Positions 25,275-34,687 are shown, numbered from the stretch's first letter. The stretch is DNA of 63,260 nt from Myxococcales bacterium (GCA_031262165.1 JAISIF010000213.1:1-63260); one strand, 5' to 3'. The notes: generated by a model from the sequence alone, not told the origin. Made by a program: numbers and translations.

Positions 25275-26261
25275 ATGAAATGCCCCAATTGCAGAGCGCT
25301 CTGCCCCGATGACACCAGTTTCTGTCCCAAATGCGACGCGGTCCTCGACGAATCCCTCCTGGAGTTGAGCCGCAGCGCCCCTGGTGATGACGACGTCACC
25401 CCAGCCCCCGATGAAGATGAGGCGCCCCAGCGAGCCCGGCTTCCTGCCCACAGACCCCAGGCCCAGCGCAGGCGGTCGCCCGAGGGCAGAGCAGAGCAGA
25501 GCGCGCGACCACGCCATCGACCACCTCCTGCTGACGAGGCAGCGGAGCGCCCTCGCAAGCGTCGGCCCGCGCCCATCGCCATTGCCGAAGCCGAGGAAGA
25601 GGCAGCTGCCGCCCCACGCCCGTCGGCCAATCCCACCGCGAACACCAACGCGGAGGAAGGAGGTCGATACGTCGGCAAGTATTCCCAGTATTGGGACGAC
25701 GACGAGCCGCCGCCGCGCAAAAAGCCCGAAGCGCCGGTCATGGCCACCGAGGGCGGGCGCCAATACCGCTATGGACAAGGTATCCAGGAATCCACGGAGG
25801 ACACGGGCAACCTGAATGAGCTGCCCAACGATCCGCTCTCCCTAGTCAAAGACTCGTGGAAGGCCTTTTTGGCGCTGCCATTCTTTCAGCGCGTCACAGC
25901 GAGCAGCAGCGTGGGCCTGTTTTTTTTCTCCATGATTCCCTGGAGCTATTTCACGAACCGAGCGGGGACACAGGACTCGGAATACACGACGGCCAACTTC
26001 CTGGGGATGTTCCTGGCCGCGCTCTGCATCTTTGGTCTGGTGCTCCAGAAATCGGACACCCTGCCGAAGATCCCCAGGAAGCACCTGCCGCTCGTTCCAT
26101 TGGCCGTGGGCCTGCTGGGCGCCCTCGCGATCGTCCTGGTGACGATCTACCTGATGGCCAGCAGGACCTACAGTCCCGCGATGACTGGTCTAGTCATGTC
26201 CTTCCTCTCCGCGCTCATCATCTTTCTGAGTGGCGGGATGAGCTTCCTGAAAAAGGAATGA
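25275..26261 (+). CDS. Zinc-ribbon membrane protein (N-terminal CxxC..CxxC, PA/acidic linker, ~4 C-terminal TM helices)
   Basis: MKCPNCRALCPDDTSFCPKCDAVLDE. C-terminal helices include VGLFFFSMIPW, FLGMFLAALCIFGLVL, LVPLAVGLLGALAIVLVTIYL and GLVMSFLSALIIFLSGG. Confidence 0.7.
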   Translation: MKCPNCRALCPDDTSFCPKCDAVLDESLLELSRSAPGDDDVTPAPDEDEAPQRARLPAHRPQAQRRRSPEGRAEQSARPRHRPPPADEAAERPRKRRPAPIAIAEAEEEAAAAPRPSANPTANTNAEEGGRYVGKYSQYWDDDEPPPRKKPEAPVMATEGGRQYRYGQGIQESTEDTGNLNELPNDPLSLVKDSWKAFLALPFFQRVTASSSVGLFFFSMIPWSYFTNRAGTQDSEYTTANFLGMFLAALCIFGLVLQKSDTLPKIPRKHLPLVPLAVGLLGALAIVLVTIYLMASRTYSPAMTGLVMSFLSALIIFLSGGMSFLKKE

Positions 26262-26314
26262 ACCGCACCGGTTGATTGATCTCAATGGTTCCAACCGAAT
26301 CGCTGAAGCCATCC

Positions 26315-26352
26315 AAGGCGGACCAATTGAATTTGGGCCGCCTTTTTATTTT
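26315..26352 (+). terminator. Rho-independent terminator after the zinc-ribbon membrane protein gene
   Basis: Stem AAGGCGGACC / GGGCCGCCTT (9 of 10 pairs), 10-nt loop, then TTTTTATTTT. Confidence 0.75.
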
Positions 26353-26494
26353 CGTCGCCACCTGAACCGAATGGCCGAAGCAGGCGCCGAGAGAAAAGAG
26401 CCATTCCAAAACCTCTCTGATGCAATGGCTTTTTGTAGGAGCGTCATTCATGGCACCCTATTCGGTTCAACTATTCAGAATAGAGGGCGCGATA

Positions 26495-26655
26495 AGGACT
26501 CATCCATCGATTAGGATCTTTTAGGATCTTTGCACCGCGAAGGACGGGAAATGTCAGACGAGGCGAGAGCTTCCAGACGGCAGTGAAGAGCGAAGGAACG
26601 AAGGCTGGCGTTTCACGGACGAGCGGGGCGACGGGAGAATTGAGGAATAAGTCCT
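26495..26655 (-). repeat. MITE-like element, family A, copy 3 (161 bp)
   Basis: Ends are AGGACTCATCCATCGAT and AATTGAGGAATAAGTCCT. The core is GAAGGCTGGCGTTTCACGGACGAGCGGGGCGACGGGAG. It contains an internal tandem TTAGGATCTT x2. Confidence 0.85.
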
Positions 26656-26976
26656 CAATCGCACTCCTAACGCAAAGAAACACCTTGTGTGGATGCGGTT
26701 TTGGCACAGGTCGAGGACAGCGTTTGGAAATCGATCCGAGTCGGGTTCGATCCACTTTGATCCACCACGCTTGGATCGATCTCTCCACGCCCCCGCTGTG
26801 AAGAGCAAAACCTCTCTGTGGCACGCCTCTGATTCGGTATGCCGTGGGTCGAGGTGCGCTAGGTAGGAGCTCCTCACCCAAAGAGAGGGCGCGGGCCTGG
26901 GCTAGTGGTGGTTCGTTGAACGACATTCTAGATTTAGTGTCATTTTTACAAAGAACTCGCGGTCGAAGATTTTGCT

Positions 26977-27029
26977 TTGACAAGATCCAGGGTGAGGGGC
27001 ACAAAGTGGAAAAAGGTGGTATGTAGTGG
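26977..27029 (+). promoter_or_regulatory. Putative mraZ/dcw promoter with three MraZ-box-like direct repeats
   Basis: TTGACA at 26977-82. An extended -10-like TGGTATGTA at 27017-25. GTGG occurs at 27006, 27016 and 27026, an exact 10-bp period (AAAGTGG AAAAAGGTGG TATGTAGTGG), 60-80 nt upstream of the mraZ ATG. Confidence 0.5.
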
Positions 27030-27087
27030 CGAACGAGGAACGCTAGAGCGGCGCAAAGGCGCTTTCTTCCATTCGAGGCCGGGGCAG

Positions 27088-27534
27088 ATGTTTCTAGGGA
27101 ATTTCGAGCACACGATTGACGTGAAAGGGCGCACCAGCGTCCCCGCCGACTATCGCAAGCTCCTCAGCGAAGATCGGATCGTCGTCACCCCGGCCCCGGG
27201 CGACGACCGCTGCCTGCACGTCTATCCTCTGAATGCCTGGCAGGATTTCGCGACCAAGCTGGCGCAGCGCAGCTCGTCCGAGCCAGGCGTCCGGCAGATT
27301 TACCGGACCTATGTTGCCCAAGCCGCCGCCATCGAGATCGACAAGCTGGGACGAATTCTTTTGCCGCCCAAACTCCGCCAATGGGCTGGCCTCGAAAAAG
27401 ACGTCGTCTGGGTCGGTCAATTGAATCGGATGGAGCTGTGGGAACCGGAGCGCTGGGAGCAGGTGGAGCTCGCCGCCAATGACCCGGTCCATCAGGGTGA
27501 TGTCGATAGGGTCAAGATAGAGCTCGGTTTGTAA
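27088..27534 (+). CDS. mraZ: Transcriptional regulator MraZ
   Basis: 148 aa. MFLGNFEHTIDVKGRTSVPADYRKLL and GRILLPPKLRQWAGLEKDVVWVG (two SpoVT/AbrB-like halves). Confidence 0.95.
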   Translation: MFLGNFEHTIDVKGRTSVPADYRKLLSEDRIVVTPAPGDDRCLHVYPLNAWQDFATKLAQRSSSEPGVRQIYRTYVAQAAAIEIDKLGRILLPPKLRQWAGLEKDVVWVGQLNRMELWEPERWEQVELAANDPVHQGDVDRVKIELGL

Positions 27535-27658
27535 TGAATTTCGATTCATTGGCCTTCGATGAATCGAATTCATTGTTCGAATTGAATGAGATTTCATTTC
27601 AATGGGATTTCATTTCAAAGAATTCTTTTTCGAAAAAGGAATTGGAGAGACGGGAACG
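27533..27658 (+). promoter_or_regulatory. AT-rich structured spacer inside the dcw cluster (palindromes plus a tandem 13-mer)
   Basis: AATGAATTTCGATTCATT (27533-50) and ATGAATCGAATTCAT (27559-73) are palindromes. GATTTCATTTCAA occurs at 27590-27602 and again at 27606-27618. GGAGAG lies 9 nt before ATG 27659. The spacer is far below the local GC content. Confidence 0.5.
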
Positions 27659-28048
27659 ATGGCACTCCAGCGCATGACGAAGACAGGTGTTCGAGAGGCG
27701 GCGAGCGTCCAGACGGACGTGGCCGTGCTCCGCTGCGCGGGCGAGATGGGCAACTTGGAGCTCGCGCAGATCGGCGAGGAGCTCTTTCGCCTGAGCCGCC
27801 GCGGCCACCAGAAGGTCGTCCTCGATCTGTCTCGCGTCGAACACCTCGACTACCGGAGCCTCGGCGCCCTGAGCGCCCAGGCGCGCCTGCTGCGCTCGAT
27901 GGGCGGCGACCTCAAGCTGTGCGGCCTGTCGCCCTATCTGGCGGCCATCTTCCGTGCGGCTGGCCTGGAGGAAGCCTTCGAGACCTACGCGGAGGCGGAG
28001 GACGCGAAGCGGGCGTTTCTGAGTTCCTTTTTCTGCCTGCGGCACTGA
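27659..28048 (+). CDS. STAS-domain protein (anti-sigma-factor-antagonist / SpoIIAA-like)
   Basis: 129 aa from ATG 27659; the track ORF starts at 27602. VAVLRCAGEMGNLELAQIGEELFRLSRRGHQKVVLDLSRVEHLDYRSLGALSAQARLLRSMGGDLKLCGLSPYLAAIFRAAGLEEAFETY has the STAS layout. The usual phospho-Ser position (DSSG) reads DYRS. Confidence 0.75.
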   Translation: MALQRMTKTGVREAASVQTDVAVLRCAGEMGNLELAQIGEELFRLSRRGHQKVVLDLSRVEHLDYRSLGALSAQARLLRSMGGDLKLCGLSPYLAAIFRAAGLEEAFETYAEAEDAKRAFLSSFFCLRH

Positions 28049-28060
28049 GCGAGGTGCGGC

Positions 28061-28987
28061 GTGGAGAAGACGTTTCACCACGTCACTGTTTTGCGCGACG
28101 AGGCAGTGGCGCTGCTTCGAGGAAGGCCGGGGTTGACGATGCTCGACGGGACGCTGGGGGGTGGAGGCCACGCGCAGGCGCTGCTGGAAAGTGGTGCGCG
28201 CGTGATTGGCCTCGACCGCGACCCGCGCGCGCTCGCCGCCGCCAGTGCCCGACTCGCCGCGTTCGGTGATCGCTTCCAGGCCGTGCCCGCCCGTTTTTCC
28301 CTGGCGCGCGAGGTCCTCGACGCGCTCGGCGTGGCTCGGGTCGACGGCCTGCTCCTCGACCTCGGCGTGAGCTCGCCCCAGTTCGACGAGGCCAGCCGCG
28401 GGTTTTCGTTTGCGCAGGACGGCCCACTCGACATGCGCATGGGCGCCGAGGGCGAGAGCGCCGCACAGCTCATCGCGCGTCTGAGCGAGGCCGAGCTCGC
28501 CGACGTCATCTTCGAACTGGGCGAGGAACCGCACAGCCGCAGGATCGCCCGCGCCATCAAGCGCGTCGAGCCGCTTCCCACGACCACACACGCGCTCGCG
28601 CGCCTCGTGTCCGACGCCATCCCGCGCGCGGCATGGCCCAAGAAGATCCACCCGGCCACGCGCACGTTTCAGGCGCTGCGCATCGCCGTGAACCACGAGC
28701 TCGAAGAGCTCGATGCCATCCTCGACGCGCTGCCCGCGCTGCTCGCGCCCGAAGGCCGTGCGGCCATCATCAGTTTCCACTCGCTCGAAGATCGAAAGGT
28801 CAAGGCGCGCTTCCGCGACCTCGAGCGCCGCTGCGCTTGCCCACCGGGGATGCCCGTGTGCGGCTGTGGGCGACAGCCAGAGTTCCGCGCGCTGACCCGG
28901 CGCGCCATCACCGCCTCCGATGCCGAGCTCGACGCCAACCCACGCGCCCGCAGCGCCCACCTGCGCGCGATCGAGAGGCTCCCATGA
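28061..28987 (+). CDS. rsmH: 16S rRNA (cytosine1402-N4)-methyltransferase RsmH (MraW)
   Basis: 308 aa with a GTG start. [60 protein letters not shown] and [16 protein letters not shown]. Confidence 0.95.
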   Translation: MEKTFHHVTVLRDEAVALLRGRPGLTMLDGTLGGGGHAQALLESGARVIGLDRDPRALAAASARLAAFGDRFQAVPARFSLAREVLDALGVARVDGLLLDLGVSSPQFDEASRGFSFAQDGPLDMRMGAEGESAAQLIARLSEAELADVIFELGEEPHSRRIARAIKRVEPLPTTTHALARLVSDAIPRAAWPKKIHPATRTFQALRIAVNHELEELDAILDALPALLAPEGRAAIISFHSLEDRKVKARFRDLERRCACPPGMPVCGCGRQPEFRALTRRAITASDAELDANPRARSAHLRAIERLP

Positions 28988-29379
28988 GACAGATCCAGCG
29001 AGACTCTCCCGTCCGAAAGGCGCTGACCGCAGGCCAGGCTCGGCTCGTCTGCCGCGCCGCGCTCATCGCTGCGCTCATCGCCGGGGCCGGCATCTTCCAC
29101 GTGGCCAGTCATGGCCGCGCTGTCCAGGCGGGCTATGCCCTCGGCAAGATCGAGCGCGAGCACCGCGCCCTGCTGCGCCAGCGCGAGCAACTCCTGATGG
29201 AACGCGCGACCCTGAGCTCCGCGGCCCGACTCGAATCGATCGCCCGCGATCAGCTCAAGCTCGCGCCGCCTTCCGCACGCCAGATCGTCACGCTCCCGAA
29301 CCAGCCAGCGGCCCAGCCCACCTCGAGCGCCTCTCTGGCCTCGCTCCAGCGCGCCGCGACGACCGAGCCCCACCTTTAG
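28984..29379 (+). CDS. ftsL: Cell division protein FtsL
   Basis: 131 aa. The ATG overlaps the rsmH stop (ATGA). It has a single TM helix ([20 protein letters not shown]) followed by a coiled coil ([38 protein letters not shown]). Position in the dcw order supports the call. Confidence 0.8.
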   Translation: MRQIQRDSPVRKALTAGQARLVCRAALIAALIAGAGIFHVASHGRAVQAGYALGKIEREHRALLRQREQLLMERATLSSAARLESIARDQLKLAPPSARQIVTLPNQPAAQPTSSASLASLQRAATTEPHL

Positions 29380-29479
29380 GACTTATCCCTCAATCATCCC
29401 GTCGCCCCAGTCGTCCGTGAAACGCCAGCCTTCGTTGCTTCGCTCTTCACTTCCCTCTGGATGCTCAAAGCCTCGCGCC
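29378..29479 (+). repeat. MITE-like element, family A, copy 4 (5' half only, 102 bp) filling the ftsL-ftsI spacer
   Basis: AGGACTTATCCCTCAATCATCCCGTCGCCCCAGTCGTCCGTGAAACGCCAGCCTTCGTTGCTTCGCTCTTCACTTCCCTCTGGATGCTCAAAGCCTCGCGCC. Similarity to copy 1 stops at 29479. The TIR starts inside the ftsL TAG stop. Confidence 0.85.
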
Positions 29480-29510
29480 AATCAGCGCCCCCCCCTCCCT
29501 TCCACGAGCC

Positions 29511-31691
29511 ATGATCAGAGAACGCCAGACAGCCGAGCTGCAGACGAGCGCCGTGCGAGGGATCCGCGTGCGTCTGTCCCTGATCGGTCTCGGCTTCGCG
29601 CTCGGCTTTGGCGTGCTCGCGTGGCGCGCGATCCAGCTCCAGGTGGTCCAGAACCCAGCGCTGTCGACGAAGGCGCAGGGCCAATACGATCGCCGCATCC
29701 AGATCCTCGGACAGCGCGGCCGTATCCTCGATCGCCTGAACCGCGAGTTTGCGGCGAGCGTGGACGTGGACAGCGTCTTCATCGATCCATCGCTGCTCAA
29801 AAGTCAGGCGCAGCTCCAGGAAGAGGAGGCCACGCTGCGCAAGCGCGCCGAGGCGCGCGGCAAGGTCTACAAGCCCTCGGCCTCGACAGAGATCCGCGAG
29901 CGCGAAGAGGCGATCCGGCGCCTGGCCAAGGCGCTCGGGACCTCCACCTCGCAGATGGGCAAGCTCCTCGACACCTCGCGCAAGTTCGTCTGGCTCAAGC
30001 GCCGCGCGACCCACCAGGAGGTCGCGGCGATCAAGGCGGCCAACGTCGCGGGCGTGGGCTTCCAAAAGGAGGCGCGCCGCTTCTATCCGCAGCGTGAGCT
30101 GGCCTCGCACCTGCTCGGCTACGCGAACGTCGATGGCCACGGCATCGAGGGGCTGGAGCGCGTGTTCGATGACGTGCTGCGCGGCAAGCGCGACGACGTG
30201 TCTGGCCTGCGCGACGCGCGCGGTCGACCTGCGCTCATGGATGGGACGATCCCGTCCGATACGCTCACCGGCGCCTCGGTGACGCTGACGATCGACTCGG
30301 TCATCCAGCACCTGACCGAGAAGGCGCTCCAGGCAGCGGTGGACAAGGCCCAGGCAAAGGCAGGCATGGCCGTGGTCCTCGATCCGCGCACGGGCGAGAT
30401 TTTGGCGCTGGCCAACGTGCCCACCTTCAACCCCAACACGCCTGCACGGTTCGATGTCTCGGCGCGGCGCAACCGCGCGGTCGTCGATCAGATGGAGCAG
30501 GGCTCGACACTCAAGCCCATCACCGTGGCCGCGGCGCTCGAAGAGGGCCTCATCCAGCCCGACAGCGTGTTCGACGGCGAGCAGGGCCGGATGCGCATCG
30601 GCAAGCACACCATCAACGACTCGCACCCGAACGGCAGCATGACGGTGGCCGAGATCATCCAGGCCTCCTCCAACATCGGCGTCACCAAGATCGCCCAGCG
30701 CCTGGGCCGCGAGCGCCTGCAGGCCTACCACCGCGCCTTTGGATTTGGCGAAAAGCCAGGCACGGAGTTGCCCGGCGAGGCGCGAGGCGCTCTGCCCTAC
30801 CCGCGCTCGGAGATCGCGCTCGCCACCCAGAGCTTTGGGCAGGGCATGAGCACGTCCGTACTCCAGATCGCCGTGGCCTATGGCGCGCTGGCCAACGGCG
30901 GCAACCTCATGAAGCCCTACCTCGTCTCACGGATCGTGGACGCCGAAGGCCGCCTGCTGCTCGCGCGTGAGCCCGAGGTCGCCCGCAAGGTGGTCAGCGA
31001 CAAGACTGCGCGCCAGGTCCTCGACATGATGCAGCTCGTCGTGGAGCGCGGCGGCACTGGTCGGGCAGCGCGCATGGACGACTACCCGGTCGCGGCCAAG
31101 TCGGGCACGGCCCAGAAGGTCGATCCGAACGGAGGCTACTCGAAGACCAAGCGCCTGGCCTCGTTCGCCGGGATGGTGCCTTCCGATGCGCCGCGCCTCG
31201 TCATTGCCGTCGCCATCGATGAGCCGACGACGAATGTCTATGGCGGCGTCGTGGCCGCGCCCGCATTCAAGGAGATCGCGCAGGGCGCGCTCGTGCACCT
31301 CGGGGTGCCGCCGCGTGTCGTCGCGCAGTCGAGCGCTGTCGTGGCCGACGCGGCGGAGCGATCACGCCATGAGCGCACGGCCCAAGCCAGTCGGAGTCGG
31401 CTCGCGGGCGCGTTCGCGATGGCCGCGCAGATACCGGAGCCCAGCGACGACGATTCGGTCGGGGAGGGCTTCGTCGAAGAGGAAGGCGCCCCCTCACCGA
31501 GCGACGAGACCTTGGCCGAGCGAACCCGAGTCCCGGATCTCTACGGGCTGTCGGCGCGCGCCGCCGTGGCCGCGCTGCTCTCGGCCGATCTCGATCCGAT
31601 GCTCAGCGGCTGGGGCAAGGCCGTTGGCCAGACGCCCTTGGCTGGAACGAGCGTGCGCAAGGGCGCGCAGGTGACGGTGAGATTCGAATGA
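29511..31691 (+). CDS. ftsI: Peptidoglycan D,D-transpeptidase FtsI (PBP3) with a C-terminal PASTA domain
   Basis: 726 aa. N-terminal TM helix, dimerisation domain, STLKP (SxxK), SSN and KSGTA motifs. The C-terminal VPDLYGLSARAAVAALLSADLDPMLSGWGKAVGQTPLAGTSVRKGAQVTVRF is PASTA-like. Confidence 0.93.
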   Translation: MIRERQTAELQTSAVRGIRVRLSLIGLGFALGFGVLAWRAIQLQVVQNPALSTKAQGQYDRRIQILGQRGRILDRLNREFAASVDVDSVFIDPSLLKSQAQLQEEEATLRKRAEARGKVYKPSASTEIREREEAIRRLAKALGTSTSQMGKLLDTSRKFVWLKRRATHQEVAAIKAANVAGVGFQKEARRFYPQRELASHLLGYANVDGHGIEGLERVFDDVLRGKRDDVSGLRDARGRPALMDGTIPSDTLTGASVTLTIDSVIQHLTEKALQAAVDKAQAKAGMAVVLDPRTGEILALANVPTFNPNTPARFDVSARRNRAVVDQMEQGSTLKPITVAAALEEGLIQPDSVFDGEQGRMRIGKHTINDSHPNGSMTVAEIIQASSNIGVTKIAQRLGRERLQAYHRAFGFGEKPGTELPGEARGALPYPRSEIALATQSFGQGMSTSVLQIAVAYGALANGGNLMKPYLVSRIVDAEGRLLLAREPEVARKVVSDKTARQVLDMMQLVVERGGTGRAARMDDYPVAAKSGTAQKVDPNGGYSKTKRLASFAGMVPSDAPRLVIAVAIDEPTTNVYGGVVAAPAFKEIAQGALVHLGVPPRVVAQSSAVVADAAERSRHERTAQASRSRLAGAFAMAAQIPEPSDDDSVGEGFVEEEGAPSPSDETLAERTRVPDLYGLSARAAVAALLSADLDPMLSGWGKAVGQTPLAGTSVRKGAQVTVRFE

Positions 31692-31790
31692 CCAAGGCGC
31701 ACCTCCAGCCCGCCGCGGACGCACCAATCCAATCGTAGAGTCGGCCCCCGTGGCCGCACCTCGACCTCCAACGACAAACGAAGAAACCCC

Positions 31791-33269
31791 ATGAAGCTCC
31801 AGGACGTGATCGCAGGGACAGACATCCACGGCGCGCAGGCGACATCGCTCAGCCTGAACGTGACTGGTGTCTCGTGCGACACGCGGACACTTCAGCCAGG
31901 CGAGCTCTTCTTCGCGATCGATTCGCGCTTTGCCGCGCCAGCCTTCGAGCGCGGCGCGTGCGCCGTGGTGCTCCAGGCAGGCGTCGGGCGACCAGCGGAA
32001 CTTCCAGAGTCACACGGCCTCCGCTCGGCCAACCCTCGCGTGGCCATGGCGCTGTGTGCCGCCAACTTCTTTGGTCGGCCCGCGCATCGCCTGACCATGC
32101 TGGGCGTGACAGGCACGAACGGGAAGACGACGACGAGCTTGCTCGCCGAATCGATGTTGCGCGCCGCGGGCGAGTCGGTCGGCGTCATCGGCACCATCGG
32201 CTATGGCTTCGCGGGCAAGACGCTCGCGGCACCCAACACCACGCCAGGCAGCGTCCCGCTCCAGAGGCTCCTCGCGGACATGCGCGCCGAGGGCGTGACG
32301 AGCGTCGTCATGGAGGTGAGCAGCCACGCGCTCGATCAGGAGCGCGCCGCGGGCATCCCCTTCACCAGCGCCGCCTTCACGAACCTGACGCGCGACCACC
32401 TCGACTACCACGGCGACATGGCGTGCTACTTCGCGGCCAAGCGTCGCCTGTTCACCGAACTGTGCGCGGGCGTGTGCAGCCTCAACCTCGACGATCCGCA
32501 CGGCCAGGCGCTCCACGCCGAGCTCGTGCGCGAGGGCCGTGTGACGTTCGGATTCTCGACGCACTCAGAGCAGGCCGACCTCTTCGTCACCGACCTCGTC
32601 GCGGATCTCGATGGCCTGCGCGGGATGCTTCACACGCCCAAGGGCAGCGCACGGTTCGATTCGAAGCTCGTGGGCCGCCACAACGTGGAGAACCTGCTCG
32701 CCGCGGTTGGCCTCGTGCTGGGCGCTGGCTTCGAGCTCGAAGAGCTCATCGACGGCATCGCCGCGCTCAGTGTCGTGCCTGGCCGCCTGGAGCGCGTGCC
32801 ATCGCAGCACTGCGCCGTCTTCGTCGACTACGCGCACACGGACGACGCGCTCACGCACGTGCTCGCCGCGCTCAGGCCGCTCACCACGGGTCGGCTCATC
32901 TGCGTGTTTGGCTGCGGCGGGGATCGCGATCACGGCAAGCGTCCGCTCATGGGGGAGGCCGTGGCGCGCGGCGCAGACGTCGCGATCGTGACGAACGACA
33001 ACCCGCGATCCGAGTCGCCCGAGGCCATTGCCGCAGCCATCGAAGAGGGGCTGAAACGCGGAGGGCTGAGCCTCGATCGCTATGCCGTCGAGCTCGATCG
33101 GCGCTGCGCCATCGAGCGCGCGCTCGGCCTGGCAGGCGCGCAGGACGTGGTGCTCATCGCGGGCAAGGGTCACGAGACCTACCAGCTCATCGGCGATCGG
33201 ACCTTCGAGTTCGACGATCGCGCCGAGGTCCTGGCAGCTCTGGAACGTCTGAAAGGTGAGATCGGATGA
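31791..33269 (+). CDS. murE: UDP-N-acetylmuramoyl-L-alanyl-D-glutamate--2,6-diaminopimelate ligase
   Basis: 492 aa. GVTGTNGKTTT, EVSSHALDQER, NLTRDHLDYHG, DYAHTDDAL, FGCGGDRD and VTNDNPRSE (DNPR motif, consistent with a meso-DAP-adding enzyme). Confidence 0.95.
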   Translation: MKLQDVIAGTDIHGAQATSLSLNVTGVSCDTRTLQPGELFFAIDSRFAAPAFERGACAVVLQAGVGRPAELPESHGLRSANPRVAMALCAANFFGRPAHRLTMLGVTGTNGKTTTSLLAESMLRAAGESVGVIGTIGYGFAGKTLAAPNTTPGSVPLQRLLADMRAEGVTSVVMEVSSHALDQERAAGIPFTSAAFTNLTRDHLDYHGDMACYFAAKRRLFTELCAGVCSLNLDDPHGQALHAELVREGRVTFGFSTHSEQADLFVTDLVADLDGLRGMLHTPKGSARFDSKLVGRHNVENLLAAVGLVLGAGFELEELIDGIAALSVVPGRLERVPSQHCAVFVDYAHTDDALTHVLAALRPLTTGRLICVFGCGGDRDHGKRPLMGEAVARGADVAIVTNDNPRSESPEAIAAAIEEGLKRGGLSLDRYAVELDRRCAIERALGLAGAQDVVLIAGKGHETYQLIGDRTFEFDDRAEVLAALERLKGEIG

Positions 33270-34687
33270 AGCCGATGTTTTCGACGCAGGAGATTGTCCA
33301 AGCCACGGTCGCGCAGGTGCGCGGCGCAAGGGTCGAGCGCTTCAGTGGCGTCTCCACCGACACGCGCGCCATCGAGCCAGGCGCTCTCTTCCTCGCGCTG
33401 AGCGGTGAGCGTTTCGATGGCCACAACTTTGTCGCGGACGCGCTGAGGAAGGGCGCGCTCGGCGCGGTCGTCCAACGAGGCACATCGGTCGAGGTGCCGG
33501 AAGGGGCGACGCTGTTCGAGGTGGACGACACGCTCACCGCGCTCGGCCAGCTCGCCCGCCTGCACCGCCGCCGGTTCTCGTTCCCCATCGGTGCCATCAC
33601 TGGATCGAATGGGAAGACGACGACGAAGGAGATGATCGGCGCCATCCTCACCATGCTTGGCCCGTCGCTCAAAACAGAGGGCAACCTGAACAACGAGATC
33701 GGCCTACCGCGCACGCTGTTCGGCCTCGCGCCAGAGCAGAAGGCCGCCATCGTCGAGATGGGCATGAACCACCCTGGCGAGCTCGCGCGCCTCGTGGCCA
33801 TCGCGGAGCCCACGTGCGCCGCGATCACGTGCGTTGGCGCGGCCCATCTCGAAGGACTCAAGAGTGTGAACGCCGTGGCAGAGGCCAAAGGCGAGATCTT
33901 CCAAGGTCTGCCTGAAGGCGCGCTCGCCGTGGTGAACGTGGACGACGTGCGCGTCGTGGCCCAGGCCCAGAAGAGTGGCCGCCGTCAGCTCACCTTTGGT
34001 CGCGCCGAGCGCGCGGACGTGCGCCTCGCGTCGGTCCAGACGCTCCGCCAGGGAGGCCTGGCCATCACCATCGCATTCGACGGTCGTGAGTGGCCCGTGG
34101 CGCTGAACTTCATCGGTGCGCACAACGCCCAGAACGCCTGCTGCGCCTTTGCCATGGGCATCGCGCTCGGCGCCTCGCCCGAGCAATGCGCCGCAGGCCT
34201 CGCGGCCGCGCGCGGCGTCGAACATCGGCTCTCGCTCGTCGAGCTCCCGTTCGGCGGCATGCTCATCGACGACTGCTACAACGCCAATCCTGCCTCCATG
34301 ACGGCGGGCCTCCAGACGCTCGTCTCGCTCGGCGCGGCACGCCAGGCCACGCCGCTCGCCGCCGTGCTCGGCGACATGCTCGAGCTGGGCAGCGCCGAGG
34401 TCGAGTCGCACCGGGCGCTCGGCAAGCAAGCCGCGGCGCTCGGCGTGCGCTTCCTCGTCACAGTCGGTCCGCGTTCCGTGGACACGTGGCGCGAATTCGT
34501 GGCGGCCGCGCCCGATCGCCGCGCCATTGCCCTGCCGAATCCCGACGACCTGTCCGAAGGGCGCACCTTTCTCAAGGCCACGCTCGGCAAGAACGCCCTC
34601 CTGCTCGTCAAGGGCAGCCGAGGGATGCGCCTGGAGCGCCTCGTCGCTGATCTGACCGAGCGGCCCAAACTCGAGAACGAACACTAA
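33266..34687 (+). CDS. murF: UDP-N-acetylmuramoyl-tripeptide--D-alanyl-D-alanine ligase
   Basis: 473 aa. It overlaps the murE stop by 4 nt. ITGSNGKTTTKEM, EMGMNHPGE, DDCYNANPASM and LGDMLELG. Confidence 0.95.
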   Translation: MKPMFSTQEIVQATVAQVRGARVERFSGVSTDTRAIEPGALFLALSGERFDGHNFVADALRKGALGAVVQRGTSVEVPEGATLFEVDDTLTALGQLARLHRRRFSFPIGAITGSNGKTTTKEMIGAILTMLGPSLKTEGNLNNEIGLPRTLFGLAPEQKAAIVEMGMNHPGELARLVAIAEPTCAAITCVGAAHLEGLKSVNAVAEAKGEIFQGLPEGALAVVNVDDVRVVAQAQKSGRRQLTFGRAERADVRLASVQTLRQGGLAITIAFDGREWPVALNFIGAHNAQNACCAFAMGIALGASPEQCAAGLAAARGVEHRLSLVELPFGGMLIDDCYNANPASMTAGLQTLVSLGAARQATPLAAVLGDMLELGSAEVESHRALGKQAAALGVRFLVTVGPRSVDTWREFVAAAPDRRAIALPNPDDLSEGRTFLKATLGKNALLLVKGSRGMRLERLVADLTERPKLENEH

